Assembly (NCBI GenBank): GCA_047628935.1
Contig: JBLHWH010000003.1
Location: forward strand, 5,031-69,030
Origin: Halioglobus sp.
GTDB lineage: Bacteria; Bacteroidota; Bacteroidia; Chitinophagales; Saprospiraceae
Direction: 5' to 3'
DNA: 64,000 nt
Below are positions 8,341 through 18,969 of the stretch, piece by piece. The position numbers and the translations under genes are program-made. Numbering within the stretch: the first letter of the stretch is position 1; every line of letters begins with the position of its first letter. Under the pieces are notes generated by a model. That model was given only the letters and a program-made list of their open reading frames with translations. It did no database searches and had not been told where the DNA came from.

Positions 8341-11300
8341 ATGAAATTAACTCGTCTCATTACATTATTCTTATCCCTTGTACTTATCAGTTCCATAAAC
8401 GGTCAGATTGATCTGGATCAATGGAAAGAACTAAATTTCCGAAATCTTGGACCTGCGGGAATGAGTGGACGGATAACTGCTATAGATGTGGATCTTAGTG
8501 ATACGGATAGAATATTTGCTGGTTCTGCATCTGGCGGAGTTTGGTTCAGTGAAAACGGGGGCATATCATGGGAGCCAATATTCGATGATCAACCTGTATT
8601 ATCAATCGGATCTATCAAGATCAATCAAAATAATCCAGCAGAAATTTGGGTTGGAACAGGAGAAGGGAATCCAAGGAATTCATTGAACACAGGAGCGGGC
8701 ATCTACAAGACGATTGATGGCGGGAAGACATGGAAGCTGATGGGTCTAGAGAAGACAAAAGTCATCCACAGAATTATTATTGATAAGGATAATCCTAATA
8801 CTGTATATGCTGGAGCGATGGGTTCTCCTTGGGGTCCAAATATAGAAAGAGGAGTATTCAAGACCACAGATGGTGGCAAGACATGGAAGAAGATTCTCTA
8901 TACCAATGATAAAACTGGAGTTGCTGATATGGTAGGTGATCCAACCAATCCAAACAAGTTGATCGTAGCTATGTATGAGCATATCCGTCATCCATGGGAT
9001 TATTTTTCTGGTGGAAAAGGCAGTGGACTCCATATCACATACGATGGTGGAGATACATGGAAAAAACTAACAGATAAAGAAGGTCTTCCAAAAGGAGATC
9101 TTGGTCGTATGGGCATAGCAATTGCTCCATCTATGCCGAATATCGTATATGCATTAATAGAAGCAAAGGAAAATGGATTGTACAAAAGTACTGATGGTGG
9201 AGAAAAATGGAGTTTAGTATCTAAGAAGAATATTGGGAATAGGCCGTTTTATTATTCTGAAATATATGTCGATCCACAGAATGAAAATAGAATTTATAAC
9301 TTATGGTCATATGTATCATTGAGTGAAGATGGTGGCAAGACATTCAAGACGATCATGGATTACGGAAATGGAGTACACCCAGACCATCATTCATTTTGGA
9401 TCGACCCTAATGACCCAACTTATCTCATCAATGGAAATGATGGTGGGATGAATATTTCTAGAGATAGAGGTGAATCATGGAGGTTTGTACACAATATTCC
9501 TGTTGGTCAATTCTACCACGTAAATATCGATAATGACTGGCCGTATAATGTTTATGGTGGAATGCAAGATAACGGTTCATGGATCGGGCCATCGATGGTG
9601 ATGAAGCGAGGCGGGATAAGAAATTATGATTTCCAAGAACTGTATTTTGGTGATGGATTCGATGTAGTGCCTTACCCCGATGACAGTCGATATGGATGGG
9701 CGATGAGTCAAGGCGGAAACGTTGGTTTCTATGATAGAGAAACTGGTTTGGTCAAGTATGTAAAGCCAGCTCACCCTGAAGGAGAGCCGTTAAGATATAA
9801 CTGGAATGCCGCGATTGCGCAGGACCCTAATAATCCTTGTGGAATGTATTTCGGTAGCCAGTATCTACATTATTCGGATGATTGTGGAGAATCATGGGTT
9901 ATAAAATCTGAAGACCTTACTACGAATGATACATCAAGACAACATGCTGATAAGAGTGGTGGATTAACGATAGATGCTACTCAAGCGGAGAACTTCACAA
10001 CGATATTAGCTATTGCTCCAAGTCCAGTGGATGAAACAGTAATTTGGGTAGGCACGGATGATGGTAATCTTCAATTGACTAGAGACGGGGGATCTACATG
10101 GACTAATATCAATAAAAAACTAAAAGGTGTTCCTAATACTGCTTGGATTCCACAGATTGTAGTGTCAGATAAGAATGCTGGAGAAGCATTTGTAGTCGTG
10201 AATAATTATAGACAAAACGACTATTCTGCTTATGCATATCATACTAAAGATTTTGGGAAGTCATTTACAAGAATTGCTGATGATAGACAGATCAAAGGCT
10301 TTGTAGTATCAATCGTACAAGATCCAGTAGAGCCAAATCTTCTGTTTTTAGGAACGGATACTGGGTTATACATGTCACTTGACAAAGGAAAGAACTGGAA
10401 ACATATGAATGAAGGGTTTCCGTCCGTACAAGTTAGTGATCTGAAAATTCATCCTAGAGAGCACGATCTTGTAATCGGAACGTTCGGTAGAGCGTTGTGG
10501 ATCTTGGATGATATCCGGCCACTAAGAAAACTTGCTACTGAGGGTGATAGTATATTGAATAGAGATCTTATGTTATTTGATTCTCCAGTCGGATATCACG
10601 GTAGTATGAGATCTTATGATGGTATAAGATTCAATGCTCAAGGGGAATTTATTGGTGACAACAAAAGCGTAAATTATGCTAAGATAAATGTGTGGACTAA
10701 ACCTGGAGAGGACTTAGATAAGGAAGAGGAAGTAATGGTCTATGTCAAGAATGCAGAAGGAGATACAATACGCACGATCAAGCGAAAAGTTAAAGGTGGA
10801 TATGATCAGATTGGTTGGTCTCTTGATGAAGATGGTGTGAGGTATCCCAGTAGAAGAGAAGTAAAAGCGGATGCTGATAAACCTGGTGGAGTTGATGTAA
10901 TGCCTGGCGAATATAAGGTGATTGTAAAAAAAGGAGACCATGTAGATTCTACCATAATAACAGTAAAAATGGATCCTAGATCAGAAATGGGAAGGACTGA
11001 TATGCAAGCTAATATTAAAGCGAAAAAAGATTTCGAAAAAACAGTTTTAGCTGCCAGCGAAGCTTTTGATCGAATCATGAAAGCTAAGAAAATTGCGAAA
11101 AAAGTAAAAGGTTTGATGGAAAATCAAGACTCAGTAATTAAAACAGAAGTAGACAGTCTAAGTAAGTTGATTACAACAGAATTGGATAGTCTTTCGAAAC
11201 TTTATATGATGCCCGAAGGACTAAAAGGAATCCAAAGAAAACCTGGTTTGTTGAATGGTAAATTATATAGCGCTTCTAGTTCTATTAGAGGCAGTTGGGG

Positions 11301-11472
11301 TAAGCCTGGGGCCAACTCCGATAATTTAGTGAAAGTAGCTAAGCGAGAAGTAAAAACTACAGTAGATGCAGTAAATAATTTCTTAGAGAATGATTGGAAG
11401 CCTTATGAAGCAAGGATAAAAGAGATACAGTTGAAAATATTCGAAGATATGGATAAGGTGAAGATAGACTAA
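8341..11472 (+). CDS. BNR/Asp-box repeat, sortilin(VPS10)-like beta-propeller protein (glycosyl-hydrolase-like), secreted
   Basis: 1043 aa with a signal peptide. There are at least 9 Asp-box-like motifs (SxDxGxTW type): SENGGISW, TIDGGKTW, TTDGGKTW, TYDGGDTW, STDGGEKW, SEDGGKTF, SRDRGESW, TRDGGSTW, SLDKGKNW. The C-terminus is charged and coiled-coil-like. Confidence 0.8.
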   Translation: MKLTRLITLFLSLVLISSINGQIDLDQWKELNFRNLGPAGMSGRITAIDVDLSDTDRIFAGSASGGVWFSENGGISWEPIFDDQPVLSIGSIKINQNNPAEIWVGTGEGNPRNSLNTGAGIYKTIDGGKTWKLMGLEKTKVIHRIIIDKDNPNTVYAGAMGSPWGPNIERGVFKTTDGGKTWKKILYTNDKTGVADMVGDPTNPNKLIVAMYEHIRHPWDYFSGGKGSGLHITYDGGDTWKKLTDKEGLPKGDLGRMGIAIAPSMPNIVYALIEAKENGLYKSTDGGEKWSLVSKKNIGNRPFYYSEIYVDPQNENRIYNLWSYVSLSEDGGKTFKTIMDYGNGVHPDHHSFWIDPNDPTYLINGNDGGMNISRDRGESWRFVHNIPVGQFYHVNIDNDWPYNVYGGMQDNGSWIGPSMVMKRGGIRNYDFQELYFGDGFDVVPYPDDSRYGWAMSQGGNVGFYDRETGLVKYVKPAHPEGEPLRYNWNAAIAQDPNNPCGMYFGSQYLHYSDDCGESWVIKSEDLTTNDTSRQHADKSGGLTIDATQAENFTTILAIAPSPVDETVIWVGTDDGNLQLTRDGGSTWTNINKKLKGVPNTAWIPQIVVSDKNAGEAFVVVNNYRQNDYSAYAYHTKDFGKSFTRIADDRQIKGFVVSIVQDPVEPNLLFLGTDTGLYMSLDKGKNWKHMNEGFPSVQVSDLKIHPREHDLVIGTFGRALWILDDIRPLRKLATEGDSILNRDLMLFDSPVGYHGSMRSYDGIRFNAQGEFIGDNKSVNYAKINVWTKPGEDLDKEEEVMVYVKNAEGDTIRTIKRKVKGGYDQIGWSLDEDGVRYPSRREVKADADKPGGVDVMPGEYKVIVKKGDHVDSTIITVKMDPRSEMGRTDMQANIKAKKDFEKTVLAASEAFDRIMKAKKIAKKVKGLMENQDSVIKTEVDSLSKLITTELDSLSKLYMMPEGLKGIQRKPGLLNGKLYSASSSIRGSWGKPGANSDNLVKVAKREVKTTVDAVNNFLENDWKPYEARIKEIQLKIFEDMDKVKID

Positions 11473-11507
11473 TGATTCTATCCTTAATGTGACTTTAATA
11501 GTTTTTG

Positions 11508-11540
11508 AAGGCTTCAGCTTAATTGTTGAAGCCTTTTTAA
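11508..11540 (+). terminator. rho-independent terminator between convergent genes
   Basis: A 9-bp stem aaggcttca/tgaagcctt (11508-11516 / 11527-11535) runs into ttttt. Confidence 0.7.
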
Positions 11541-11552
11541 TTTTGATTACCG

Positions 11553-12857
11553 CTATTTCATTTCCAGGCCATACTTTTTATAATAACCCCATTGGAATAC
11601 TGCTCTTGCCACTAAGAATATGGAGAGTGCAATCCATACATTTGATCCATTACTTGTTTCAGGAATCATATAGAATGAAATTAGATAAACTACAAGTGCC
11701 ATCACCATTGCATTTCTCATACTTGTAGTAGCAGTAAGGCCAACAAAAATTCCATCCCATATATAACTGGCAAATCCTAGAATTGGAAAAATGGACATGA
11801 AATAGAGTAATTCCTTAGCTACGGCTAATAATGAAGGGTCATCGCTGAACAATCCAAATAATTCAATGCCAAAAATGCAGTAAACGGCGGCATAGAGCAT
11901 GCTGACCAAGCCTCCCCATAAGAAAGATTGACCTATTACCATTTTAACTTCCTTAGTTTTTTTTGCGCCTTTGTATTTTCCCACTAGACTTTCAGTGGCA
12001 TAAGCAAAACCATCAATTCCATAGCTCATCCAATTTACAAATTGCATCAAAACTACATTTACAGCCAGTACTACATCCCCAAGTTTAGATGACTGTCGAT
12101 AGAAAAATCCGAATGAAAAAGTAAGACACAAAGTTCTAAGAAATAGATCAAAATTTACTTTTAGAAATCTGCTATATTCTGATAATGTTGATAGCCGATG
12201 CGATAGTGACCAATTGATATAGGCTTGATATTTTTTTAGAATCAGACCTAACCCAATGATAAGGCCTGTGTACTGAGCTATGACTGTTCCAAGTGCTACC
12301 CCGCGTACATCCAAGCCCGCAACTTTGACTAGGTAGTAACTAGTTATAATGTTTACTATATTTATTATAATAGTCAAGATCAATGGATAGATCGCATTCT
12401 GCATACCGAATAACCAGCCCATGACGACCATCAGCATTAATGCAGCGGGGGCGGCCCATATTCTGATTTTAAAATATTCTAAGATTAGAGGATCATTTTC
12501 AGCACTTACAACAAGAGCTGACTTTGCTAATTCGTAAATCGGGAATTGTAATACAAGTAAAAGGATAGCTAAGATTATAGATAAGACTGCAGCCCTCAAA
12601 AGTGATAGCCATACTTCGGCTTTATTGTTTGCTCCATAGTTTTGAGCGGTCATGCCTGTTGTGCCCATTCTTAGGAATCCGAAATTCCAATAGATGACAT
12701 TAAACAGAAATGACCCAAGACCAACTGCGGCTAAGTGTATATTCGATAAACCACCCATCAATATTGTATCAACAGTAGATAGCAGAGGCACAGAAATATT
12801 ACTCAAGATATTGGGTATCGAGAGCTTAATGATTTCTTTATTGATCTGTTTTTTCAT
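11553..12857 (-). CDS. MATE family efflux transporter (DinF-like)
   Basis: About 434 aa with roughly 12 hydrophobic segments. The N-terminus has the family-typical ...IIKLSIPNILSNISVPLLSTVDTILMG. ATG 12857 is preferred to TTG 12866. Confidence 0.85.
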   Translation of the reverse strand: MKKQINKEIIKLSIPNILSNISVPLLSTVDTILMGGLSNIHLAAVGLGSFLFNVIYWNFGFLRMGTTGMTAQNYGANNKAEVWLSLLRAAVLSIILAILLLVLQFPIYELAKSALVVSAENDPLILEYFKIRIWAAPAALMLMVVMGWLFGMQNAIYPLILTIIINIVNIITSYYLVKVAGLDVRGVALGTVIAQYTGLIIGLGLILKKYQAYINWSLSHRLSTLSEYSRFLKVNFDLFLRTLCLTFSFGFFYRQSSKLGDVVLAVNVVLMQFVNWMSYGIDGFAYATESLVGKYKGAKKTKEVKMVIGQSFLWGGLVSMLYAAVYCIFGIELFGLFSDDPSLLAVAKELLYFMSIFPILGFASYIWDGIFVGLTATTSMRNAMVMALVVYLISFYMIPETSNGSNVWIALSIFLVARAVFQWGYYKKYGLEMK

Positions 12858-12977
12858 TGGCCGCAAGATATGTAGATTTTTCTTGAGGAATGGTTCAAAT
12901 AATTGTTAGGTAACTTCAGTAAATCGATCAAATGATACGAATACTACTCTACTTCTTTATTTTATATAAAAAGATGC

Positions 12978-12985
12978 TACTTTTG
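12978..12985 (+). promoter_or_regulatory. candidate Bacteroidota -7 promoter element (TAnnTTTG)
   Basis: An exact TACTTTTG lies 22 nt upstream of ATG 13007. No clear -33 TTG was found. Confidence 0.3.
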
Positions 12986-13006
12986 AATTGATGAAATTCT
13001 CTTAAA

Positions 13007-13411
13007 ATGATTGCACACTACTTTATTCCTGTAATTATTGGTGTCTGTATTGTAGGACTGATGATTTTCTTTAGGAAGCAGATTTTAAGTAAAATAGGAA
13101 ACACTTGGTGGATACATATTATAGGATTTGTATTTATATATATCAATATAGTTTTGTTGGTTTTTTGTTATGATTTGCTACTAATCAATAGGTTACAAGA
13201 GTTTGATATGAATAACGATGGAGTATTCACAGGGAAAGAAATAACACCGGAACAAAAAGAGATGATGCGTAGAGTAGTGAGTGATACAGCCAGAAAATTT
13301 TCTATCTACACAGGACTAGTTTACTCTGCGGTAATAACAATAATGCTTTTTTTGACAGATTTATTTAGAATTTACGTTTGGACTAAGTATACAAAGAAGA
13401 CAAACACATAA
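13007..13411 (+). CDS. hypothetical membrane protein with one EF-hand-like loop
   Basis: 134 aa with three hydrophobic segments. The loop DMNNDGVFTGKE fits the DxNxDGxxxxxE calcium-loop pattern. Confidence 0.5.
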   Translation: MIAHYFIPVIIGVCIVGLMIFFRKQILSKIGNTWWIHIIGFVFIYINIVLLVFCYDLLLINRLQEFDMNNDGVFTGKEITPEQKEMMRRVVSDTARKFSIYTGLVYSAVITIMLFLTDLFRIYVWTKYTKKTNT

Positions 13412-13489
13412 TACATATAACATATATTCAAAATGTGTTACTTTCGCAGTTAACAAATGTCTTATGGTCGAGACATACAATTAGATATA

Positions 13490-14299
13490 ATGAAAGAATT
13501 TTTTAGATTTTTGATAAGCAAACCATTTCTTAAGCAACTGCTTTATGTTTTTATTTTTTTAGCAGTAGTATTGATGCTGGTTCTATTATGGTTGAGATTT
13601 TACACGAATCATGGACAAAAACTAGAGTTACCTGATTATATAAATCAAGAAATTGAAGATGCAAGAAAAGATGCGGAAGACAAGACTTTTGAGATTATAA
13701 TTACTGATTCTATTCATAAAGTAGGCAAACCAGGAGGATTAATAATAGACCAAAATCCTACACCTGGATCTATGGTCAAAGAAAAGAGAAAAATCTATGT
13801 GAACGTAACGAAATTTTCTCCTGATCAGATCAAAGTTGGTGATTTACCAATATTGTACGGGAGTGAGTATGATCAAAAAAGAACTGAACTTAAGTACCTA
13901 GATATTACGTCTAAAATAAAATCTGAAAAATTTGATAGAGGAGAACCTAACCACATATTGGAGGTTTGGTATAAGGGGAAACTAATTATCAATGATAAGA
14001 TTTTGAAATCTAGTCTAAAAATTGATAAAGGCGGAGAATTGGAATTTGTAATTAGTAAACCAGAAGGTGGACGTGATTTAATTCCTGACCTTGTATGTCA
14101 AGAGTTTATAGCGGCAGAATCAAAGTGTATGCTCTCGAAGTTTCAGATTGGGACAGTGACGGAATTGGGCGAAATTACAGATAGAAGTACTGCTTTTGTT
14201 GTAGATCAACGGCCTTCTTTTGACGGTAGTAGCCTGATCAGTCATAATTCAGCTATTGCTGTTACCATAATACAGGAGCGACCAGACGAATGTAAATAA
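13490..14299 (+). CDS. PASTA domain-containing membrane-anchored protein
   Basis: Starting at MKEFFRFLISKPFLKQLL gives a TM anchor followed by ...YTNHGQKLELPDY and PASTA-like units (G.IIDQNP.PG..VK..RKIYV.V). Confidence 0.7.
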   Translation: MKEFFRFLISKPFLKQLLYVFIFLAVVLMLVLLWLRFYTNHGQKLELPDYINQEIEDARKDAEDKTFEIIITDSIHKVGKPGGLIIDQNPTPGSMVKEKRKIYVNVTKFSPDQIKVGDLPILYGSEYDQKRTELKYLDITSKIKSEKFDRGEPNHILEVWYKGKLIINDKILKSSLKIDKGGELEFVISKPEGGRDLIPDLVCQEFIAAESKCMLSKFQIGTVTELGEITDRSTAFVVDQRPSFDGSSLISHNSAIAVTIIQERPDECK

Positions 14300-14327
14300 G
14301 ATTTAATAATATACAAGAAGAAGAAGA

Positions 14328-14630
14328 ATGACAGATATAACGACTGAAGAGCTTAAAATAAAACTTGATAACAAAGAAGAATTTGTATTCTTAGATGTGC
14401 GAGAGCAATTTGAGTATGAAGAGTTTAACCTTGGGGCTCAGCTGATACCATTAGGTACAATTCCTGAAGCGCTAAATGACTTAGAACAGTATAAGGATAA
14501 AGAAATAGTTATCCACTGCAGATCTGGAGCAAGAAGTGGCAATGCAAAACAGTTTTTAGTTGAGATGGGATATAAGAATGTAAAGAACCTACTAGGGGGT
14601 GTAGTAAGATGGCAACAGCTGTATAGTTAA
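14328..14630 (+). CDS. rhodanese-like domain protein (sulfurtransferase)
   Basis: 100 aa with the active-site loop HCRSGARSG (CRxGxR). Confidence 0.85.
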   Translation: MTDITTEELKIKLDNKEEFVFLDVREQFEYEEFNLGAQLIPLGTIPEALNDLEQYKDKEIVIHCRSGARSGNAKQFLVEMGYKNVKNLLGGVVRWQQLYS

Positions 14631-14638
14631 TGTTGAGT

Positions 14639-14672
14639 GAAACCTCCGAGGTTTTATAACATAGGAGGTTTA
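14639..14672. repeat. degenerate copy C of the cctccgagg palindrome
   Basis: aaacctccgaggttttataacataggaggttt begins 9 nt after the stop at 14630. It has 8-bp arms aaacctcc/ggaggttt and shares cctccgaggtttt with copies A and B. Confidence 0.45.
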
Positions 14673-14773
14673 ATTACACACCGAATAAGGTCTGGAGAAT
14701 TAGCTCTTTGAATATTTGTACTAACATGAAACTAACTATATAATAATTGAGTGTTTTTTGAATTTTCAAAATT

Positions 14774-16353
14774 ATGAATAAGCTATTTTTTGTTTTAGTA
14801 TTTATTTTGGCATTAAACCAATTATTAGGCCAGTCATCGAACGTTGAATTTAATAATGCGATACCCGCATGGACTCATTTAGCTATAGATTCAACAAAAA
14901 ATAGCGGTGACAATTTAGATGGAAAAAAACCACTTGACTTATATCGAAACTGATCATTCTGTCATTAAAGATGGATATCTGTATAATGTTTTAGTAAATC
15001 TTCAAGATTTTATTGCTGGGGATTTTATAGAAAAATAGATATAGAAAGCGGCAGCAAAGAATGGTCAAACTATTATGATCTAAGCAATAGTGAAAAAAGG
15101 GAGTACCCTTCCTATATAAGCTTTGGCGATGACGAAAATGTAGTAATTTCAAATTTCAAAGATAACAGCCCTAATCCTTTCCTTTGGGTAACATCATTTG
15201 TGTCACACCGTATCTATGATCATAATAGTGGAATATTATTAGATCACAACATAGTTGATGATACAGATAGCTTAGTTTATGAGGTGGGAGTATCCTACAA
15301 CGCGAAAAAGTTGTTGTATGATGTTAATTATTCATATTATAGAAATAGAGTAGATGGTGCGGAAGGTGATATGTATGTAGTTTTAAAAAAAATCTACAAT
15401 AGATGACAATGGAAGATTTGTTTCATCTGATAAAATTGAACTTCCTTTCAAGGGCATGTCAAATATCAACTATATTCTTAAAAAGAGAAGGGGGTTGTTA
15501 TATTTTTTAAAGATATAAACGAAACCGAAAAAAACTGAACAAACGTACAGAATAGTCGCGGATGAAAATTTAAATATATCAACCCAAGTAGAGATTACCG
15601 GCCACTTAATGGATAATGATGATCAATACCTATCCAATATTGGAGATAATATAATTAAAGTTGTAGGATTATATTATGTAAATGGTAATGACAATAATGT
15701 GATAGCTCATTTTTCATATTATGACAATGAAGGGAGTTTTTTATATAAGTTCTCTACTCCAAATTTTCAGAATTATCGATTTGTAACTTCTACTTCGCCT
15801 AATGGTCAACCATTGCTTGTAATAAGCAAGCCGAGAGAAGGAAATCAATCAAATGCAGATATTCTTTTTTACACTTTTCAGATTCTAAAGGCTTAATGCT
15901 TTTAAAAACTTTAAATTATAAAGATTCAAGTGCTTTTATTCAAGTTGTAAAAAAGGTGCTTTGGCCAAATGATAAAGAAATAATACTTCTTGGCACTTAC
16001 ACACCAATTATTAATGAAGCAGGAGGCATGGCTTTAACAGAACTCGAATAGGTGTTAGTTAAATTACCTTTGTCTGAGATCGGTTTCGTTCCAAGTAGAA
16101 AAATGAAGAAATAATTGCTTTAAATTTATACCCGAATCCATTTGATCGTTATTTGGAAATTATTCCAGAAGTAAAAAGTGATTACAAAGTCCTTATTTAC
16201 GATGTAAATGGTTCATTAGTTCTTTCATATTTGGAGAATAATGCTAAAAAAAATCAAGTTTCTACAGCCAACTTAGCTTCTAGCATCTACAATGTACAAT
16301 TAATGGATATGAACAACGGTAAATCTCAATGGAGTACTGTTATTAAAAAATGA
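14774..16353 (+). pseudogene. decayed T9SS cargo gene (multiple frameshifts and stops)
   Basis: ATG 14774 opens a signal peptide (MNKLFFVLVFILALNQLLGQ) that stops at 14951-14953. The coding signal continues in shifting frames (14943-, ~15030-15406, 15609-15896, 16153-16353), with several breaks next to A-runs (14923-14929, ~15385-15392). The last fragment is a Por_Secre_tail-like domain (LYPNPFDRYLEI...IYNVQLMDMNNGKSQWSTVIKK). Confidence 0.7.
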
Positions 16354-16427
16354 TGTTAGCTCTTTCATTGATATACAAATCAGCTTGATAAAGAAGAATA
16401 ACTTTACTCGTGAGTAATTAACCTTTT

Positions 16428-17357
16428 TTATTGGGCAAGCTTTGGCCATTTTTTTTTGTCTGCCATGTAGTTGTAGGCAGCTACCCCTTGCAAACCGCCA
16501 GTATGTATCCATAGGTAGGAATGATTATTATTGACCATGTTTCGTTCGATCATATCGAAATAACCGGAGATTAATTTGCCATTATAGATTGGGTCAAGAG
16601 GGATCCCCGTTTGAGTTTTAAAATCATTTATGAAGCTTATTAATTCATGTGGCGTCTTCCCATAGCCTCCGTAATGATAAGTGCTAATGAACTTCAGTTG
16701 GGCATGTTTGTTTGAATCTGTTTTTTTAAGAATTTCATTTTTGAGATAATCACTTTTTAAACTAGAGAAAACCCACAGATCTTTATTAGAATTCAGGTTT
16801 TGCAGTATTCCTGTAGCTGTTGATCCAGTGCCAGCGGAGACCATTATTATATTGTGATCAGATTCATTTATCTCAATTGACAATTCGTGTAATCCCTTTT
16901 CAGCTAGAACATTTGAGCCTCCTTCAGGAATAAGAACATAATTAGAATACTTGGAAAGGATAGACTTTACCGCTTCACTACTTTCTTTTTCGCTATAGCT
17001 AGTTCGATCCACGAACCTTAACTCCATTCCACATTGTTGTGCAAACATGGTTGTTGGGTTATTTTTGTCATAATCGCCTCTGATTATACCAACTGATCTC
17101 AGCCCTAGTTCATTACAAGCTGCAGCTGTAGAATAGATATGATTGGAGAATGCTCCTCCAAAGGTGATAACAGTTTCTACATTATTATCTAAAGCATCTT
17201 TGAGATTGTACTTTAGTTTACGCCACTTATTACCAGAAATAGTCGGATGTATGAGATCCTCGCGCTTCACAGAAAGAGATACGCTAGCACGGTCAGAAAG
17301 TACAGTGTTTACTCTACTAATCGGACTGTAAGTCTTAGGATCAAAAACATCATTCAC
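16428..17357 (-). CDS. PLP-dependent ACC deaminase / D-cysteine desulfhydrase family enzyme
   Basis: 309 aa from a GTG start. It has SGNKWRKLKYNL (PLP-lysine motif GNKxRKL) and VSAGTGSTATG (glycine loop). Confidence 0.8.
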   Translation of the reverse strand: MNDVFDPKTYSPISRVNTVLSDRASVSLSVKREDLIHPTISGNKWRKLKYNLKDALDNNVETVITFGGAFSNHIYSTAAACNELGLRSVGIIRGDYDKNNPTTMFAQQCGMELRFVDRTSYSEKESSEAVKSILSKYSNYVLIPEGGSNVLAEKGLHELSIEINESDHNIIMVSAGTGSTATGILQNLNSNKDLWVFSSLKSDYLKNEILKKTDSNKHAQLKFISTYHYGGYGKTPHELISFINDFKTQTGIPLDPIYNGKLISGYFDMIERNMVNNNHSYLWIHTGGLQGVAAYNYMADKKKWPKLAQ

Positions 17358-17418
17358 AGTACCAAAATTAATTTACTAGTAATGTATTTGAAATTCAATA
17401 TTCGAAATTAAGAATAAT

Positions 17419-18969
17419 TTAATCCATTCTTAATTCATCATCCATATTGTCGAAGAACCTGTACTCAAGCATTTGGAAATCATTATTTCTCTTTATAGTA
17501 ATCCACGTCTTGAATTCTCTGTACCACTTCACTTGCTCAGATATAATCCCTTTTGTGAGGTATGCATATATGAATGGGTGAACGACAAGCTTTAGTTTTG
17601 ATTTTGGCCTACCAGAAAGAATATGATTGATATCTCTTTTTATATCATCAATGATAAGTACTGAAGCTTTTGCCTTACCTGATCCAAGGCAGGTAGGGCA
17701 AGTTTCCGATGTATCTATTTTTACTTCTTCTCGGACTCTTTGACGAGTAATAGCCATAAGACCAAACTTACTCAGTGGTAATATCGTATGCTGTGCACGA
17801 TCATTCCGCATGAAGTCTTTCATCTTATTGAAAAGAGAGATTTTATGATCGGTATTCTTCATGTCAATGAAGTCAATGATAATGATACCACCAATATCTC
17901 TCAATCTTACCTGTCTAGCCACTTCTTCTGCAGCCTCTAGGTTTACCGATAGTGAAGCGTCTTCTTGAGATCTTTTATTCGCTTTGGGACCACTATTTAC
18001 ATCTATGACGTGCATAGCTTCAGTATGTTCTATCACTAGATAAGCCCCACTGTGCATCGTATAAGTTTTACCAAATGAGGATTTGATCTGATTGGTTACT
18101 CCAAAAGCATCAAATATCGGTCTCGAACCAGTATGATGCTGAATAATTTTTACTTTTTCAGAACCAATTGATTTAAGATATTCACGGCTACTATTGTATA
18201 AGTCTTTATCATTTACTACAACTTTATTGAAGTTGTCAGATAAAATATCTCTTAGTATGCTTGATGTTTTATCTATTTCGCTCAACAGTTTTCGTGGACT
18301 GTTCGCTACTTTAAGTTCATCAAATATCTCTTGCCACTTGTCGGTAAGTCCTCTGATTTCTGAATGCAGATCAGCGACCATCTTACCTTCTGCGGCTGTA
18401 CGCACTACTACACCAAAATCTTTAGGCTTGATGCTTTCGACTAGGACTTTTAATCGTTGTCTCTCAGAATTATTACCGATTTTCTTAGATATCGATACTA
18501 CATTGTTGAACGGTGTCAATACAACATATCTACCGGGAATTGTGATTTCACAACTTAGTCTAGGCCCTTTTGTAGAGATAGGCTCTTTGAGCACCTGGAC
18601 AAGAACGTAGTCGTTTTTGGTAAATACTTGATCTATCTTACCATTCTTTGGATTATCAGCTAGATTCTCAAATTTTTCAAGGAGGTGAGAATCTAGGTTT
18701 TTACCCATCACTTCTTTAGTATATTTTTTGAGAGACAGTATCTGAGGACCAAGATCTGTGTAATGTAGAAATGCATCTTTTCGGTGACCAAGGTCAACAA
18801 ATGCAGCATTGAGACTAGGTCTCATTTTTTTAACGTTACCAAGGAATATATCCCCTACTGTAAAGTTACTGTTGGTCTTTTCATTATGAATTTCGACCAA
18901 GCGATTATTCTCCATCAAAGCGATTTCTACTTCGGTTGGTGAAGAATTTATTATTAATTCTTTATCCAC
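17419..18969 (-). CDS. rng: ribonuclease G/E family endoribonuclease
   Basis: 516 aa from a GTG start. There is an S1-like N-terminus (GDIFLGNVKKMRPSLNAAFVDLG) and a catalytic core (VIDVNSG..., IIIIDFIDM), followed by the CPTCLGSG zinc-link motif. Confidence 0.85.
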   Translation of the reverse strand: MDKELIINSSPTEVEIALMENNRLVEIHNEKTNSNFTVGDIFLGNVKKMRPSLNAAFVDLGHRKDAFLHYTDLGPQILSLKKYTKEVMGKNLDSHLLEKFENLADNPKNGKIDQVFTKNDYVLVQVLKEPISTKGPRLSCEITIPGRYVVLTPFNNVVSISKKIGNNSERQRLKVLVESIKPKDFGVVVRTAAEGKMVADLHSEIRGLTDKWQEIFDELKVANSPRKLLSEIDKTSSILRDILSDNFNKVVVNDKDLYNSSREYLKSIGSEKVKIIQHHTGSRPIFDAFGVTNQIKSSFGKTYTMHSGAYLVIEHTEAMHVIDVNSGPKANKRSQEDASLSVNLEAAEEVARQVRLRDIGGIIIIDFIDMKNTDHKISLFNKMKDFMRNDRAQHTILPLSKFGLMAITRQRVREEVKIDTSETCPTCLGSGKAKASVLIIDDIKRDINHILSGRPKSKLKLVVHPFIYAYLTKGIISEQVKWYREFKTWITIKRNNDFQMLEYRFFDNMDDELRMD

